Source: a virus
DNA: 64,000 nucleotides
Virus record (IMG/VR): IMGVR_UViG_3300027759_000048
Reading direction: 5' to 3' (one strand)
The translations under genes and the position numbers were made by a program. How positions within the stretch are numbered: position 1 is the first letter of the stretch; the number at the start of each line of letters is the position of its first letter. Positions 1 to 9,308 of the stretch are shown in pieces. Below the pieces are notes generated by a model, which worked only from the letters and a program-made list of their open reading frames with translations, was not told the origin of the DNA and did not search any database.

Positions 1-1
1 G

Positions 2-439
2 AAACGCTTTACATTTCTACGTGATAAATTTCCAGAAACATCTTTTGAGTTTGAGTTTTCCGATATTAGAAGCTATACCTTTTACAATTGTTCACTTGTA
101 ACATCTCTCTTTACTTTACAGTTCATGCCACCAAAAGACCGTGAAGAGGTTATCAGTAACATCTACGAAGGACTAAATCCTGGTGGAGCTTTCATCTTTG
201 CTGAAAAGACTGTGGCAGATACAGGTCGCTTTCAAGATATGTTCACCTTTATGTTCTATGATTACAAGCGCAAGTCTTTCACCGAGAAAGATATCATGGA
301 CAAAGAAGTCACACTCCGCAATATGCTAAAGCCAAACACATGGAATGAATTGACTGATATGTTACGTTCCGCAGGTTTCAAGAATGTTCAACCGTTCTGG
401 AGAAACTTTCTTTTCGTCGGCGCTATCGCTACCAAGTGA
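2..439 (+). CDS. cmoA: CmoA-like carboxy-S-adenosyl-L-methionine synthase / class I SAM-dependent enzyme (5' partial)
   Basis: Frame is open from the window edge: ...SDIRSYTFYNCSLVTSLFTLQFMPPKDREEVISNIYEGLNPGGAFIFAEK...FYDYKR...AGFKNVQPFWRNFLFVGAIATK. This follows the CmoA pattern (DIR..N.S.V...FTLQF, IY.GLNPGG....EK). Confidence 0.8.
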   Translation, partial: KRFTFLRDKFPETSFEFEFSDIRSYTFYNCSLVTSLFTLQFMPPKDREEVISNIYEGLNPGGAFIFAEKTVADTGRFQDMFTFMFYDYKRKSFTEKDIMDKEVTLRNMLKPNTWNELTDMLRSAGFKNVQPFWRNFLFVGAIATK

Positions 440-446
440 GGAAACT

Positions 447-572
447 ATGAAATATTTTGATTTCTACAAACTGGAAAACATGTGGTCAAACGTCGAACCA
501 TTCCTGATCGTGTTTACAATCTATGCGATAATCTTCCTGGTATCGTATCTATACAGTCGGTTTCCTCGCTAA
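447..572 (+). CDS. small membrane protein
   Basis: GAGG RBS, ATG 447, one hydrophobic segment (FLIVFTIYAIIFLVSYLY). Confidence 0.55.
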   Translation: MKYFDFYKLENMWSNVEPFLIVFTIYAIIFLVSYLYSRFPR

Positions 573-592
573 ATCATTGATTCCATTAGCCC

Positions 593-621
593 TTGACAAA
601 CCAGCCACGATTTGCTATACT
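593..621 (+). promoter_or_regulatory. sigma70-type early promoter
   Basis: TTGACA-N17-TATACT with TG extension. Confidence 0.85.
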
Positions 622-646
622 TATCAAAATCGTGAAAGGAAAGTTT

Positions 647-2830
647 ATGTCGGTCAATCAAACCTCGATGCTTGCCAAGTTGCTTGCTACTGAAAATATT
701 ACAGTCCAGCAACAACCTAATATCAAAACAGCAATGTTTGATTTGCGTAACCGTGTTCTTATGCTTCCTATTTGGCAGGGCATCTCCCGTGACCTTGAAG
801 ACTTATTGATTGTCCATGAGACTGGTCACGCCCTTGATACACCACATGCCGATGAATATGTGGCTGCGGTAGACAAACTTACTGCTAAAGTTTTCCCTAA
901 CGAAAAAGTTTCCGAAACACTTAAAAAGACCGTTCAAGGTTTCTTTAATGTTATTGAAGACGCACGTATTGATAAGCGCCAGAAACGCCGTTATCCAGGT
1001 TCACGTAAAAACTATTTGATCGGTTACAAAGAACTGGTCGACCGTGATTTCTTTGGTACAGCCAATCGTGATATCAACACCATGAACTTTATTGACCGCT
1101 TGAACCTATACTTCAAGGGTGGTAACATTCATTTCAATATCACATTCACTCCCGAAGAAAAAGTCCTTCTCAATAAAGTTGAAAAGGCTGAAACCTTTGC
1201 TGATGTGGAACTCTTGACCGAAGAGATTTATATCTACTGCAAACAGAAACTTGAAGAACAGCAAGAGATGGAAATGGATCTTGTTGCTGAGGAAAGCGAG
1301 GATGAAGATGATGATATTGATGGTAACGATTTTGATGATGATGGTGACGAGTCAGATATTGAAACCGATGATGAAGCCAGTTCCAGTCAAGGCAAAGCCG
1401 AACAAGGCGAAGGTGATCTAGCACCAACGTCCTCTTCTGGTGAAGGTGGTGCTCCATCTGATCTTCCTGCTAATGCTCCTGTATCACGTACCGATGAAAC
1501 ATGGCAGAAGAAATCCGAAGAGATTGTTAAAAACGAAAATACCGTTTTCGTTTACGTTAAACAACCTCTTGTCAATTGGGATAAAGCTGTCCACGATTAC
1601 AAAACGGTTCTTGCTGAATGGCGTCAATCAATTGGCAATCGTCAAGGCTGGTATGTCTTTACTCAGGAAGAGTTTGATCATGCTCGTAGGGAATTGACTG
1701 AATGGAAATTGAAAGAAAAAGAAACTATCTCTTTCCTTGTCAAGGAGTTTGAACAGCGCAAGGCTGCCGAGCTTTATGCTAAAATCAGTATCGCCAAGAC
1801 TGGTGTTATTGATACAAACAAACTTCATACCTACAAGTATAGTGAAGATATCTTCCGTCGTATTGCTACTGTGCCACAGGGTAAGAACCATGGCTTTGTT
1901 ATGTTCCTTGATTGGTCTGGCTCAATGACCTACAATCTAAAGAACACAATGAAACAATTGTTTTCCCTCTGCCTATTCTGTAAACAGATTGGTGTTCCTT
2001 TCGAGGTCTATGCTTTCAAAGATTGTAATGCCGATCATCCTTTCTCCGCTCTCAACGGTGATAACGTGATTGGTACTGGTAATGTTGTCCTACGCAACTT
2101 TCTCTCTTCACGTATGAAGACCGAAGAGTTTAACTTTGCTATGACCTGTTTGTGGCATCTTGGTAATGGTGGTAACATTCACTGTGATGGTCTTGGTGGT
2201 ACGCCTTTGAATGAAGCATTGATGATTGCTCCTAAAATCATCAACGATTTCAAGGCTCGTAACAAAGTTGAAATCACCAACGTGATTGTTCTTTCCGATG
2301 GTGAGTCCAATCCATCATCTGGTATCAAAAATGAAACTACTCCACGTGTTCACGGTCAGAACCGTAAGTATTTCTATGTTGATCCAACAACTCGCAAGAC
2401 TTATGATTGGCAATCTTATGGTTGGGGTCCTCATGGTAACACCAGCACATTACTCCGTATCCTAAAAGATAGCACTGGTTGTAATCTTGTAGGCTTCTAT
2501 CTTTATGATCGTTCCTTCAAGCGTCTAAATTCCGAGTTTAACATCTCAAACTATAACCCAGAGGCTTTTCTCAAAGCCCGCAAGTATTGGAATGAGAACA
2601 AATACTATCCTGTTCGGAGTGCTGGTTATGATGAATATTACATCATTGACTCCAATGCTCTCCGTAACACAAAGAACGAGTTGGAGATTGATAACTCTGG
2701 TGATAAGAAGATGACCACTAAAAAGATGGTTTCCGCTTTCACCAAGTTCACTCAAAAGAAGACTGTAAACAGAGTTCTTCTTCGTCAATTCTCGGAAAGA
2801 ATAGCTGGTCATTCTAAAAAGGTTGCTTAG
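647..2830 (+). CDS. CobT-like protein: N-terminal HExxH zincin-like domain, acidic linker, vWA domain (partner of phage CobS)
   Basis: HETGH motif, D/E-rich linker, MIDAS motif DWSGS...T...LSDG; directly upstream of the MoxR/CobS ATPase. Confidence 0.85.
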   Translation: MSVNQTSMLAKLLATENITVQQQPNIKTAMFDLRNRVLMLPIWQGISRDLEDLLIVHETGHALDTPHADEYVAAVDKLTAKVFPNEKVSETLKKTVQGFFNVIEDARIDKRQKRRYPGSRKNYLIGYKELVDRDFFGTANRDINTMNFIDRLNLYFKGGNIHFNITFTPEEKVLLNKVEKAETFADVELLTEEIYIYCKQKLEEQQEMEMDLVAEESEDEDDDIDGNDFDDDGDESDIETDDEASSSQGKAEQGEGDLAPTSSSGEGGAPSDLPANAPVSRTDETWQKKSEEIVKNENTVFVYVKQPLVNWDKAVHDYKTVLAEWRQSIGNRQGWYVFTQEEFDHARRELTEWKLKEKETISFLVKEFEQRKAAELYAKISIAKTGVIDTNKLHTYKYSEDIFRRIATVPQGKNHGFVMFLDWSGSMTYNLKNTMKQLFSLCLFCKQIGVPFEVYAFKDCNADHPFSALNGDNVIGTGNVVLRNFLSSRMKTEEFNFAMTCLWHLGNGGNIHCDGLGGTPLNEALMIAPKIINDFKARNKVEITNVIVLSDGESNPSSGIKNETTPRVHGQNRKYFYVDPTTRKTYDWQSYGWGPHGNTSTLLRILKDSTGCNLVGFYLYDRSFKRLNSEFNISNYNPEAFLKARKYWNENKYYPVRSAGYDEYYIIDSNALRNTKNELEIDNSGDKKMTTKKMVSAFTKFTQKKTVNRVLLRQFSERIAGHSKKVA

Positions 2831-2852
2831 AAAACAATAACTTATGAGGGGG

Positions 2853-2881
2853 TTGACATCTCCCTCATAACCTACTATAAT
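2853..2881 (+). promoter_or_regulatory. sigma70-type early promoter
   Basis: Perfect TTGACA-N17-TATAAT. Confidence 0.9.
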
Positions 2882-2918
2882 ATATCCATAATCGAAAAAC
2901 GTGAAAGGTATGTTCGAT

Positions 2919-4115
2919 ATGTCAAGTTCCCGTTCAGAATTCCTCGACAAGGTTCGCTTTGAGCTTGGTGCGGTTCGCCAAATCAATCGTTCCCAGATTA
3001 AAACTATCTGTGATAAATATGATCTTCCGTTTCCTACGTGGTTGCGTAAAGATCCAACTCGCCAGATTGCTCGTGGCGTTTATGCTATTACTGAAAATGG
3101 TGTTGATGCAGCACCTGTTGTTATTGCACCTAAGCCAGTCAAGGCTAAGGCTGCTAAGATTGTAACCGAGCCTGCTGTTAAAGTTGCTATGGTTGCTCCT
3201 TCGGTTGTTTCTACCGATGCTGAGGTTTCTCTCGTTCCTGAAAAGGCTTCTGGTTATGTTCCGTTCGGTCATTTCAATGATGTCCGTTCTATCATCAAAT
3301 CTAAAAAGTTTTATCCTACTTACATTACTGGTCTGTCTGGTAATGGTAAGACAATGATGATTGAACAGATTTGCGCTTCCGAAAAGCGTGAAATGGTCCG
3401 TGTCAACATTACAATTGAGACTGATGAAGATGACCTTATTGGTGGTTTCCGACTTGTCAATGGTGAAACAGTATGGCAGGACGGTCCTGTTATTACTGCT
3501 ATGTCTCGTGGTGCCGTATTACTACTGGACGAGGTTGATCTCGGTTCCAATAAACTTATGTGCCTCCAGCCAGTGCTTGAAGGTAAAGCAGTTTACTTGA
3601 AAAAGACCAATCGGGTTGTTCATCCGACTACTGGTTTCAATGTTATTGCTACTGCTAACACCAAGGGTAAAGGTTCTGACGATGGTCGGTTCATCGGTAC
3701 CAACGTTATGAATGAAGCGTTCCTTGAGCGTTTCAGCATTACAATGGAACAAGAATATCCTGCCTCAAAAGTTGAGTCAAAGATCCTTAGTAATGTTCTT
3801 GGTGCTTCTGGTATCAACAACCCAGAGTTTGTTGACAAGTTGGTTACTTGGGCAGATGTTATCCGCAAGTCTTTCTATGAAGGTGCTTTGTCAGAAATCA
3901 TCTCTACCCGTCGTCTGGTTCATATCTGTGAAGCGTTCGCTATCTTCAACCAAAACAAGATGAAGGCTATTGAACTTTGCCTTAATCGTTTTGATGTTGA
4001 TACAAAAAATTCATTCCTCGAACTTTACAAAAAAGTTGATGAAACAGTTGAACCTATTGATGCTGTTGGTGCTCCTGCTGAGGGTACCGATACTCCTATC
4101 AGTTATGTCTTTTAA
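2919..4115 (+). CDS. cobS: CobS-like MoxR AAA+ ATPase
   Basis: Walker A GLSGNGKT, Walker B LLLDE, ATANTKGKG..DGRFIGTNVMNEAFLERF, ISTRRL; start could also be 2910. Confidence 0.9.
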   Translation: MSSSRSEFLDKVRFELGAVRQINRSQIKTICDKYDLPFPTWLRKDPTRQIARGVYAITENGVDAAPVVIAPKPVKAKAAKIVTEPAVKVAMVAPSVVSTDAEVSLVPEKASGYVPFGHFNDVRSIIKSKKFYPTYITGLSGNGKTMMIEQICASEKREMVRVNITIETDEDDLIGGFRLVNGETVWQDGPVITAMSRGAVLLLDEVDLGSNKLMCLQPVLEGKAVYLKKTNRVVHPTTGFNVIATANTKGKGSDDGRFIGTNVMNEAFLERFSITMEQEYPASKVESKILSNVLGASGINNPEFVDKLVTWADVIRKSFYEGALSEIISTRRLVHICEAFAIFNQNKMKAIELCLNRFDVDTKNSFLELYKKVDETVEPIDAVGAPAEGTDTPISYVF

Positions 4116-4118
4116 CCC

Positions 4119-4146
4119 TTGACATTCCCGAATACCTGTGTATAAT
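4119..4146 (+). promoter_or_regulatory. sigma70-type early promoter
   Basis: TTGACA-N16-TATAAT with TG extension. Confidence 0.8.
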
Positions 4147-4227
4147 ATAATGGTGTTGGTGGTTATACACAGGTCCTTTCCTTTCACGACCACCAACACC
4201 GATAACTTAAAATGGAGTAAATATATA

Positions 4228-4443
4228 ATGGCTACTAAGACGCAAATGGAAAAGATTGAAACAGTCCTCCGTAAGCACACAAAGGGTGCGGGTATTACCG
4301 CTACTCGTCTTGCCAACCTTGCTAAGGTTCCTTATGAGAACGTTGGTAAGCGTATCTATGACCTACGTGAGACTTACACAATCTATACCAACTATCGCAA
4401 TGTTGATGGTAAGCGCACCGCTTTCTACCGCTTTGCTGGCTAA
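4228..4443 (+). CDS. small winged-HTH DNA-binding protein
   Basis: GGAG RBS; GITATRLANLAKVPYENVGKRIYDLR helix-turn-helix pattern. Confidence 0.7.
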   Translation: MATKTQMEKIETVLRKHTKGAGITATRLANLAKVPYENVGKRIYDLRETYTIYTNYRNVDGKRTAFYRFAG

Positions 4444-4466
4444 TAAAATATAGCACACTATATAAG

Positions 4467-4500
4467 AGCGTGGCACCTGTAATGGGTGCTGCGCTTTTGT
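4467..4500 (+). terminator. intrinsic terminator
   Basis: AGCGTGGCACC-loop-GGTGCTGCGCT followed by a T run. Confidence 0.65.
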
Positions 4501-4515
4501 CGTATGGAGAATAAT

Positions 4516-5346
4516 ATGGAAATCAAAATTTCAACCGATGACTTGAGAAAGAAAAAGCTGTTTGTCGCCACACCTTGTTATGGTGGACAGTGCCTTGGTC
4601 TTTATGCTAAAGCCTGTCTTGATCTTCAAGCTATCTGCATTCAGTATGGTATCGAGTGCCGCTTCTCATTTATCTTTAACGAGTCCTTAATCACCAGAGC
4701 AAGAAATTATCTTGTTGATGAGTTCCTTCGCTCAGGTTGTTCACATCTACTATTCATCGATGCTGATATCAATTTCAATCCACAGGATGTTCTAGCACTC
4801 TTGGCACTTGATCGTGATATCATCGGTGGACCTTATCCTAAGAAATCAATCAACTGGTCAAACATCGTCAATGCCATTCAGAAGAATAGCACGGTTGATG
4901 GTGACAAGATTAAGTTGCGTGATGGCTTCAATGCTAATGAACTAGACCAGATCACAGGTGACTTTGTGTTCAATCCAGTTCCTGGTACAACATCTTTCCG
5001 TGTAACAGAGCCAGTCGAGGTTATGGAGATTGGTACAGGTTACATGATGGTCAAGCGTGAAGTGTTTGACAAGTTCAAGGAAGCATATCCTGAATTGAAC
5101 TATAAACCAGATCATATTGGTCAGGCTAACTTTGATGGTTCAAGATACATTCATGCTTTCTTTGATACTGTAATTGATCCAGAGTCCCATCGTTACCTTT
5201 CAGAAGACTATATGTTCTGTCAGTGGTCACGCAAGATCGGTATCAAGATTTGGCTATGCCCATGGATGAAGACAACTCACGTTGGTACATATGGCTTCCA
5301 GGGTGACCTTCCAGCCGTAGCAGCATTGAGCGGTAACCTACGATGA
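4516..5346 (+). CDS. GT-A fold glycosyltransferase-like protein
   Basis: LFVATPCYGG, SLITRARN, LLFIDADI (DxD), GTGYMMVKREVF, LSEDYMFC. Confidence 0.75.
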   Translation: MEIKISTDDLRKKKLFVATPCYGGQCLGLYAKACLDLQAICIQYGIECRFSFIFNESLITRARNYLVDEFLRSGCSHLLFIDADINFNPQDVLALLALDRDIIGGPYPKKSINWSNIVNAIQKNSTVDGDKIKLRDGFNANELDQITGDFVFNPVPGTTSFRVTEPVEVMEIGTGYMMVKREVFDKFKEAYPELNYKPDHIGQANFDGSRYIHAFFDTVIDPESHRYLSEDYMFCQWSRKIGIKIWLCPWMKTTHVGTYGFQGDLPAVAALSGNLR

Positions 5347-5939
5347 TAATTGGACTTGTCGGTTTCATCGGTTCCGGCAAGGGCAGTGTTGGTGATATCC
5401 TAGTTAGAGAACATGGGTATCACCAGTTTGCTTTCGCTGATGCATTGAAAGATGCTGTTGCACAAATCTTTGTATGGCCTCGTGGCTTACTTGAAGGTGA
5501 TAGTAACGCCTCAAGAGCTTTTCGTGAGCGTGTCGATCCTTGGTGGTCACACAAGTTTGGTTACGAAGTCACACCGAGATTAATTTTACAAAAGTTTGGC
5601 ACAGAAGCATGTCGGCACGGTATCGCAGATAACATCTGGATTGCGGCTTTAGAAAAACGCATTCAGGGATATGAAGATGTGGTTATCACTGACGTTCGGT
5701 TTCCTAATGAAATCGCTTTTGTTCGGAGTGTCGGCGGTGCCATTGTTCGTGTCAAAAGAGGACTCGATCCATCACCTGATGAACTTTCCAAGTTACACAT
5801 ATCTGAAACAGCTTGGAATGATACCGTTCCTGATTACATGATAGTAAATGAAGGAACATTAGAAGACCTGAAAAATAATATCAAATCAACATTGACATTA
5901 GAAGAGAAACGCATTACAATAATGCATCATCCAGTTTGA
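5343..5939 (+). CDS. 1: deoxynucleoside monophosphate kinase (T4 gp1-like)
   Basis: GFIGSGKG P-loop, FADALK, TPRLILQKFGTE, DVRFPNE, HISE. Confidence 0.9.
   Translation: MIIGLVGFIGSGKGSVGDILVREHGYHQFAFADALKDAVAQIFVWPRGLLEGDSNASRAFRERVDPWWSHKFGYEVTPRLILQKFGTEACRHGIADNIWIAALEKRIQGYEDVVITDVRFPNEIAFVRSVGGAIVRVKRGLDPSPDELSKLHISETAWNDTVPDYMIVNEGTLEDLKNNIKSTLTLEEKRITIMHHPV
5892..5920 (+). promoter_or_regulatory. sigma70-type promoter upstream of gene 45
   Basis: TTGACA-N17-TACAAT. Confidence 0.7.
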
Positions 5940-5953
5940 CACAGGAGTATATA

Positions 5954-6607
5954 ATGAAACTAAGTGATAATACCGTAGCGGTGCTAAAGAACTTTGCCTC
6001 TATCAATAGTGGTGTTGTTCTCGGTGCTGGCAAAACACAGAAGACTATTTCCCCAGAAAAATCTATCCTCGTTGAAGCAACCGTAGAAGATGATATTCCA
6101 TCAGAGTTTGGTATCTATGACCTGAACCAGTTTCTTGGCAATCTTACCACTCTGCGTAATCCAGAACTAACATTCAACAAAGAGGCTGTTACATTAGATG
6201 ATGGTGAACTATCTTTTGACTATCGTGCTTGTTCTGCCAACCTAATCATTACACCACCAGATAAAGAACTTGTTCTAAAGAGTGTAGATGTTAAGTTCTC
6301 ATTACCAAATGAAACATTACAGAAGCTAATCAAAGTTGCTACAATGAATGGTCTTCCTAATCTTTCTGTTGTTGGTAAGAACGGAGAATTGCTTTTGAAG
6401 ATCCATGAGCGGGCAAACGATACATCTAACAGTGGTACAATCAAGATCGGTGAATATGCTGGTCAAGACTTTACCGCTTCATTCAAGACAGATAATCTCA
6501 AGCTGCTTCCTAATGATTACAACGTTGAAATTCAGAAGGGCGCATTTGCCAAGTTTGAGAATGCTTCCAATACACTGAAATACTTTATTGCTTTGGAGAC
6601 AAAATGA
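5954..6607 (+). CDS. 45: sliding clamp gp45
   Basis: MKLS..T..VLKNFASINSG, FGIYDLNQFL, YFIALE. Confidence 0.95.
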   Translation: MKLSDNTVAVLKNFASINSGVVLGAGKTQKTISPEKSILVEATVEDDIPSEFGIYDLNQFLGNLTTLRNPELTFNKEAVTLDDGELSFDYRACSANLIITPPDKELVLKSVDVKFSLPNETLQKLIKVATMNGLPNLSVVGKNGELLLKIHERANDTSNSGTIKIGEYAGQDFTASFKTDNLKLLPNDYNVEIQKGAFAKFENASNTLKYFIALETK

Positions 6608-6789
6608 TGGGAAGGACATTCGATCTAGCATATCTTATGTTGATGGGAGCATTGCTAATCTTTTTGCTTGGTGATGTGTATGTTGGATTTCAAGAGGCTG
6701 CTTGGAGAGATAGATGTAGAGATGCTGGTGGCATTCCAGCTTCTCATGTTGTTTGTATCAATCCTGGCGCAGTAATCGAGGTGAACTAA
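6604..6789 (+). CDS. small membrane protein
   Basis: Stop/start overlaps on both sides; N-terminal hydrophobic helix. Confidence 0.6.
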   Translation: MMGRTFDLAYLMLMGALLIFLLGDVYVGFQEAAWRDRCRDAGGIPASHVVCINPGAVIEVN

Positions 6790-7085
6790 TGAGTATGATC
6801 GGACATAATTCTCCAACGATGAACATCGAGGCTCTTTCAGCCGAAGATAAGAAAGTCCTACGTAAGGCTATCATTGAATTGAATGATAGTATGACACGGG
6901 CTGGAGCCGAGAGAGAACTACAGAAAGAAATCCTTACAGAAACAAATGGTAAACTAGGTGTTGATAAGCGTCTCATTCGTCGTATGGCCAAAGCCTATTT
7001 CAAGGCTAACTTTAACGAAGAGATTGAAGAGAACAACACCTTTGAATCTTTCTATGATGAGGTTATGAGAAAGACGGCTTCTTAA
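6789..7085 (+). CDS. dsbA: DsbA-like dsDNA-binding protein (GapR-related fold)
   Basis: LGVDKRLIRRMAKAYFK...EE..FESFYDEV resembles T4 DsbA; IGHNS N-terminus. Confidence 0.75.
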   Translation: MSMIGHNSPTMNIEALSAEDKKVLRKAIIELNDSMTRAGAERELQKEILTETNGKLGVDKRLIRRMAKAYFKANFNEEIEENNTFESFYDEVMRKTAS

Positions 7086-8020
7086 TGAGTGAATATCTTT
7101 TCGTGGAACGATACCGTCCTCACAAAATTGAGGATTGTATTTTGCCTGATCGCTTGAAGAAAGTGTTTCAGGAGTATGTGACAAAGGGTGATATCCCTAA
7201 TCTGATGCTAACAGGTACGGCTGGCTGTGGCAAAACCACAGTCGCCAAAGCAATGTGTGAAGAGATCGGTTGTAACTTTCTATTCATCAATAGTTCTGAT
7301 GAAAGAGGTATTGATACTCTTCGCACAAAGATCAAAGGCTATGCTTCTACAGTTTCATTGACTGGCGGCCGTAAGGTTATCATTCTTGATGAGGCTGATT
7401 ATCTTACACCAGAAGCACAGGCAGGCTTGCGTGGTGCGATTGAAGAGTTTAGTGAGAATTGTTCTTTCATCTTCACTTGTAACTTTAAAGCCCGCTTGAT
7501 TGATGCTCTACATTCTCGTTGTTCCGTCATTGACTTTGCTTTGAAAGGTGATGAAAAGGCAAAGATGGCAGCACAGATGTTTAAGCGCCTTGCCAACATT
7601 CTTACTGAAGAAAGTATTACATATGACAAAGATGTATTGGGAAAGATTGTCCAACGCTACTTCCCAGACTATCGTAGGACTCTTAACGAGTTGCAAAGGT
7701 ATTCTACTTCTGGAAACATTGATGCTGGTGTTCTTAGTCAAGTTGAATCAGTAAGAAAACTTGATGATCTAATCAAGGCTCTCAAGGATAAAGACTTTTC
7801 AACCATGCGTAAATGGGTTGTTAATAACTCTGACATTGACCAGAGCCGTATCTTTAGATCGATCTATGATAACCTTTGTGTGTATCTAAAAGCCGAGAGT
7901 GTTCCAATGGCTGTGGTTACTCTTGCCAAGTATCAGTATCAATCAGCCTTCGTCGCCGATCAAGAGTTGAACTTGGTCGCATGTCTAACTGAATTGATGG
8001 TTGAATGTGAGGTGAAGTGA
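7085..8020 (+). CDS. 44: clamp loader large subunit gp44
   Basis: VERYRP...DCILP, GTAGCGKTT, ILDEAD, SRC motif. Confidence 0.95.
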   Translation: MSEYLFVERYRPHKIEDCILPDRLKKVFQEYVTKGDIPNLMLTGTAGCGKTTVAKAMCEEIGCNFLFINSSDERGIDTLRTKIKGYASTVSLTGGRKVIILDEADYLTPEAQAGLRGAIEEFSENCSFIFTCNFKARLIDALHSRCSVIDFALKGDEKAKMAAQMFKRLANILTEESITYDKDVLGKIVQRYFPDYRRTLNELQRYSTSGNIDAGVLSQVESVRKLDDLIKALKDKDFSTMRKWVVNNSDIDQSRIFRSIYDNLCVYLKAESVPMAVVTLAKYQYQSAFVADQELNLVACLTELMVECEVK

Positions 8021-8511
8021 TGGCTAAACTAGAATGGAATAAAGTAAATCAACCAAATGGTATAGAATGGGGATCGAGACCATCCTCTGATGTTAGAATA
8101 TCAAAAAAACTTAAACATATCTATGAACGTCAGCAAGACAATGTAGGCAAATATAAGAAGTCTTATGTTAATGTAGCATATGAAAATAGTCCTTTTGATA
8201 CAAATGAAGAGTTTGAAAACTCAATTCGTAAATCTATAACTGAAAATCAAGAGAAAGAACTGAATGGAGAAAAAATTAATGGTTATGTAAAACTTACAGG
8301 TGGTAAGTATAGACACTTTAACTATAAAGATGTTTGGGATGCAGATCCTGATTACGTTCTTTGGTTATTTTGGAATACACCACATGAGTTTATCAGAAGT
8401 CAGATATTGAAATCTGTGCCGATATCTGAAAACCTTGATCTCTATTTCAAAAAGTTTGAGATGCCTAATGTTAAAAAGATTCCTTCTCAACCTTCATGGT
8501 GGCAGTATTGA
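8017..8511 (+). CDS. hypothetical protein inserted between 44 and 62 (GKY..DPDYVLW motif)
   Basis: 164-aa AT-rich ORF overlapping both neighbours. Confidence 0.65.
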   Translation: MMAKLEWNKVNQPNGIEWGSRPSSDVRISKKLKHIYERQQDNVGKYKKSYVNVAYENSPFDTNEEFENSIRKSITENQEKELNGEKINGYVKLTGGKYRHFNYKDVWDADPDYVLWLFWNTPHEFIRSQILKSVPISENLDLYFKKFEMPNVKKIPSQPSWWQY

Positions 8512-8915
8512 CCGATCTCTTCAAAGAAATCATTCCATCGATTCTACATAATAAGAACTATGTTCTAGATAACGAAAAAGACTACCATGCTTTCGTAGTG
8601 AATCGGGCTCTCTCGTTTCACTACGATTGTGTTTTTCAATCTAATGAGATGAACAAGTATCCAGGTTTATCAGCCACCCTTCAATATCAGTATTTACTAA
8701 ATACCATCAGAGGCTATAAACGCCCTTTTCGTAAATGGGAAAAGCGTGAAACCATTGATGACCTAGAAGCCGTAAAAGAATACTATAACTATTCATATGA
8801 GAAGGCTAAAGAGGTATTGGTTTTACTGAGTAATGCCCAAAAAGAAGAAATAAGAAAAGCAATAGACAAAGGTGGCAAAGATGACAGTAAACCTAGAAGA
8901 GTTCGTGGAAGTTAA
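8496..8915 (+). CDS. 62: clamp loader small subunit gp62
   Basis: FVVNRALS, QYQYLLNTIR, VKEYYNYSYEKAKE, KGG; start may be TTG 8508. Confidence 0.9.
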   Translation: MVAVLTDLFKEIIPSILHNKNYVLDNEKDYHAFVVNRALSFHYDCVFQSNEMNKYPGLSATLQYQYLLNTIRGYKRPFRKWEKRETIDDLEAVKEYYNYSYEKAKEVLVLLSNAQKEEIRKAIDKGGKDDSKPRRVRGS

Positions 8916-9294
8916 ACTTCCTGATCCTCAGGCCTTTCTTAAAGTGAAAGAGACGCTAACACGTATTGGAGTTGCGTCAAAGAAAGACAAGACACTCTAT
9001 CAGTCATGTCATATTCTACACAAGCAAGGCCACTACTATCTTGTTCATTTCAAAGAAATGTTCATGCTTGATGGCAAGCCAACAGACTTTTCAGAAGAAG
9101 ATCGTGGTAGAAGAAATACCATCGCCAATCTTCTAGCTGAATGGGGATTGGTTTCACTAGTTGATAAGAGCAAATCAGAAGAACCATTAACACCTCTTAA
9201 CCGTATCAAGATTATCTCTTACGGTGAGAAGAGTGAGTGGAACTTGGTTGCTAAGTATTCACTAGGTAAGAAAAGGTTTTCAGATACAGAATAG
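8881..9294 (+). CDS. regA: translational repressor RegA
   Basis: FLKVKETLTRIGVAS, LYQSCHILHKQGHYYLVHFKEMF, RRNTIANLLAEWGL. Confidence 0.97.
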   Translation: MTVNLEEFVEVKLPDPQAFLKVKETLTRIGVASKKDKTLYQSCHILHKQGHYYLVHFKEMFMLDGKPTDFSEEDRGRRNTIANLLAEWGLVSLVDKSKSEEPLTPLNRIKIISYGEKSEWNLVAKYSLGKKRFSDTE

Positions 9295-9308
9295 AAAGTG
9301 AGTTTGTT

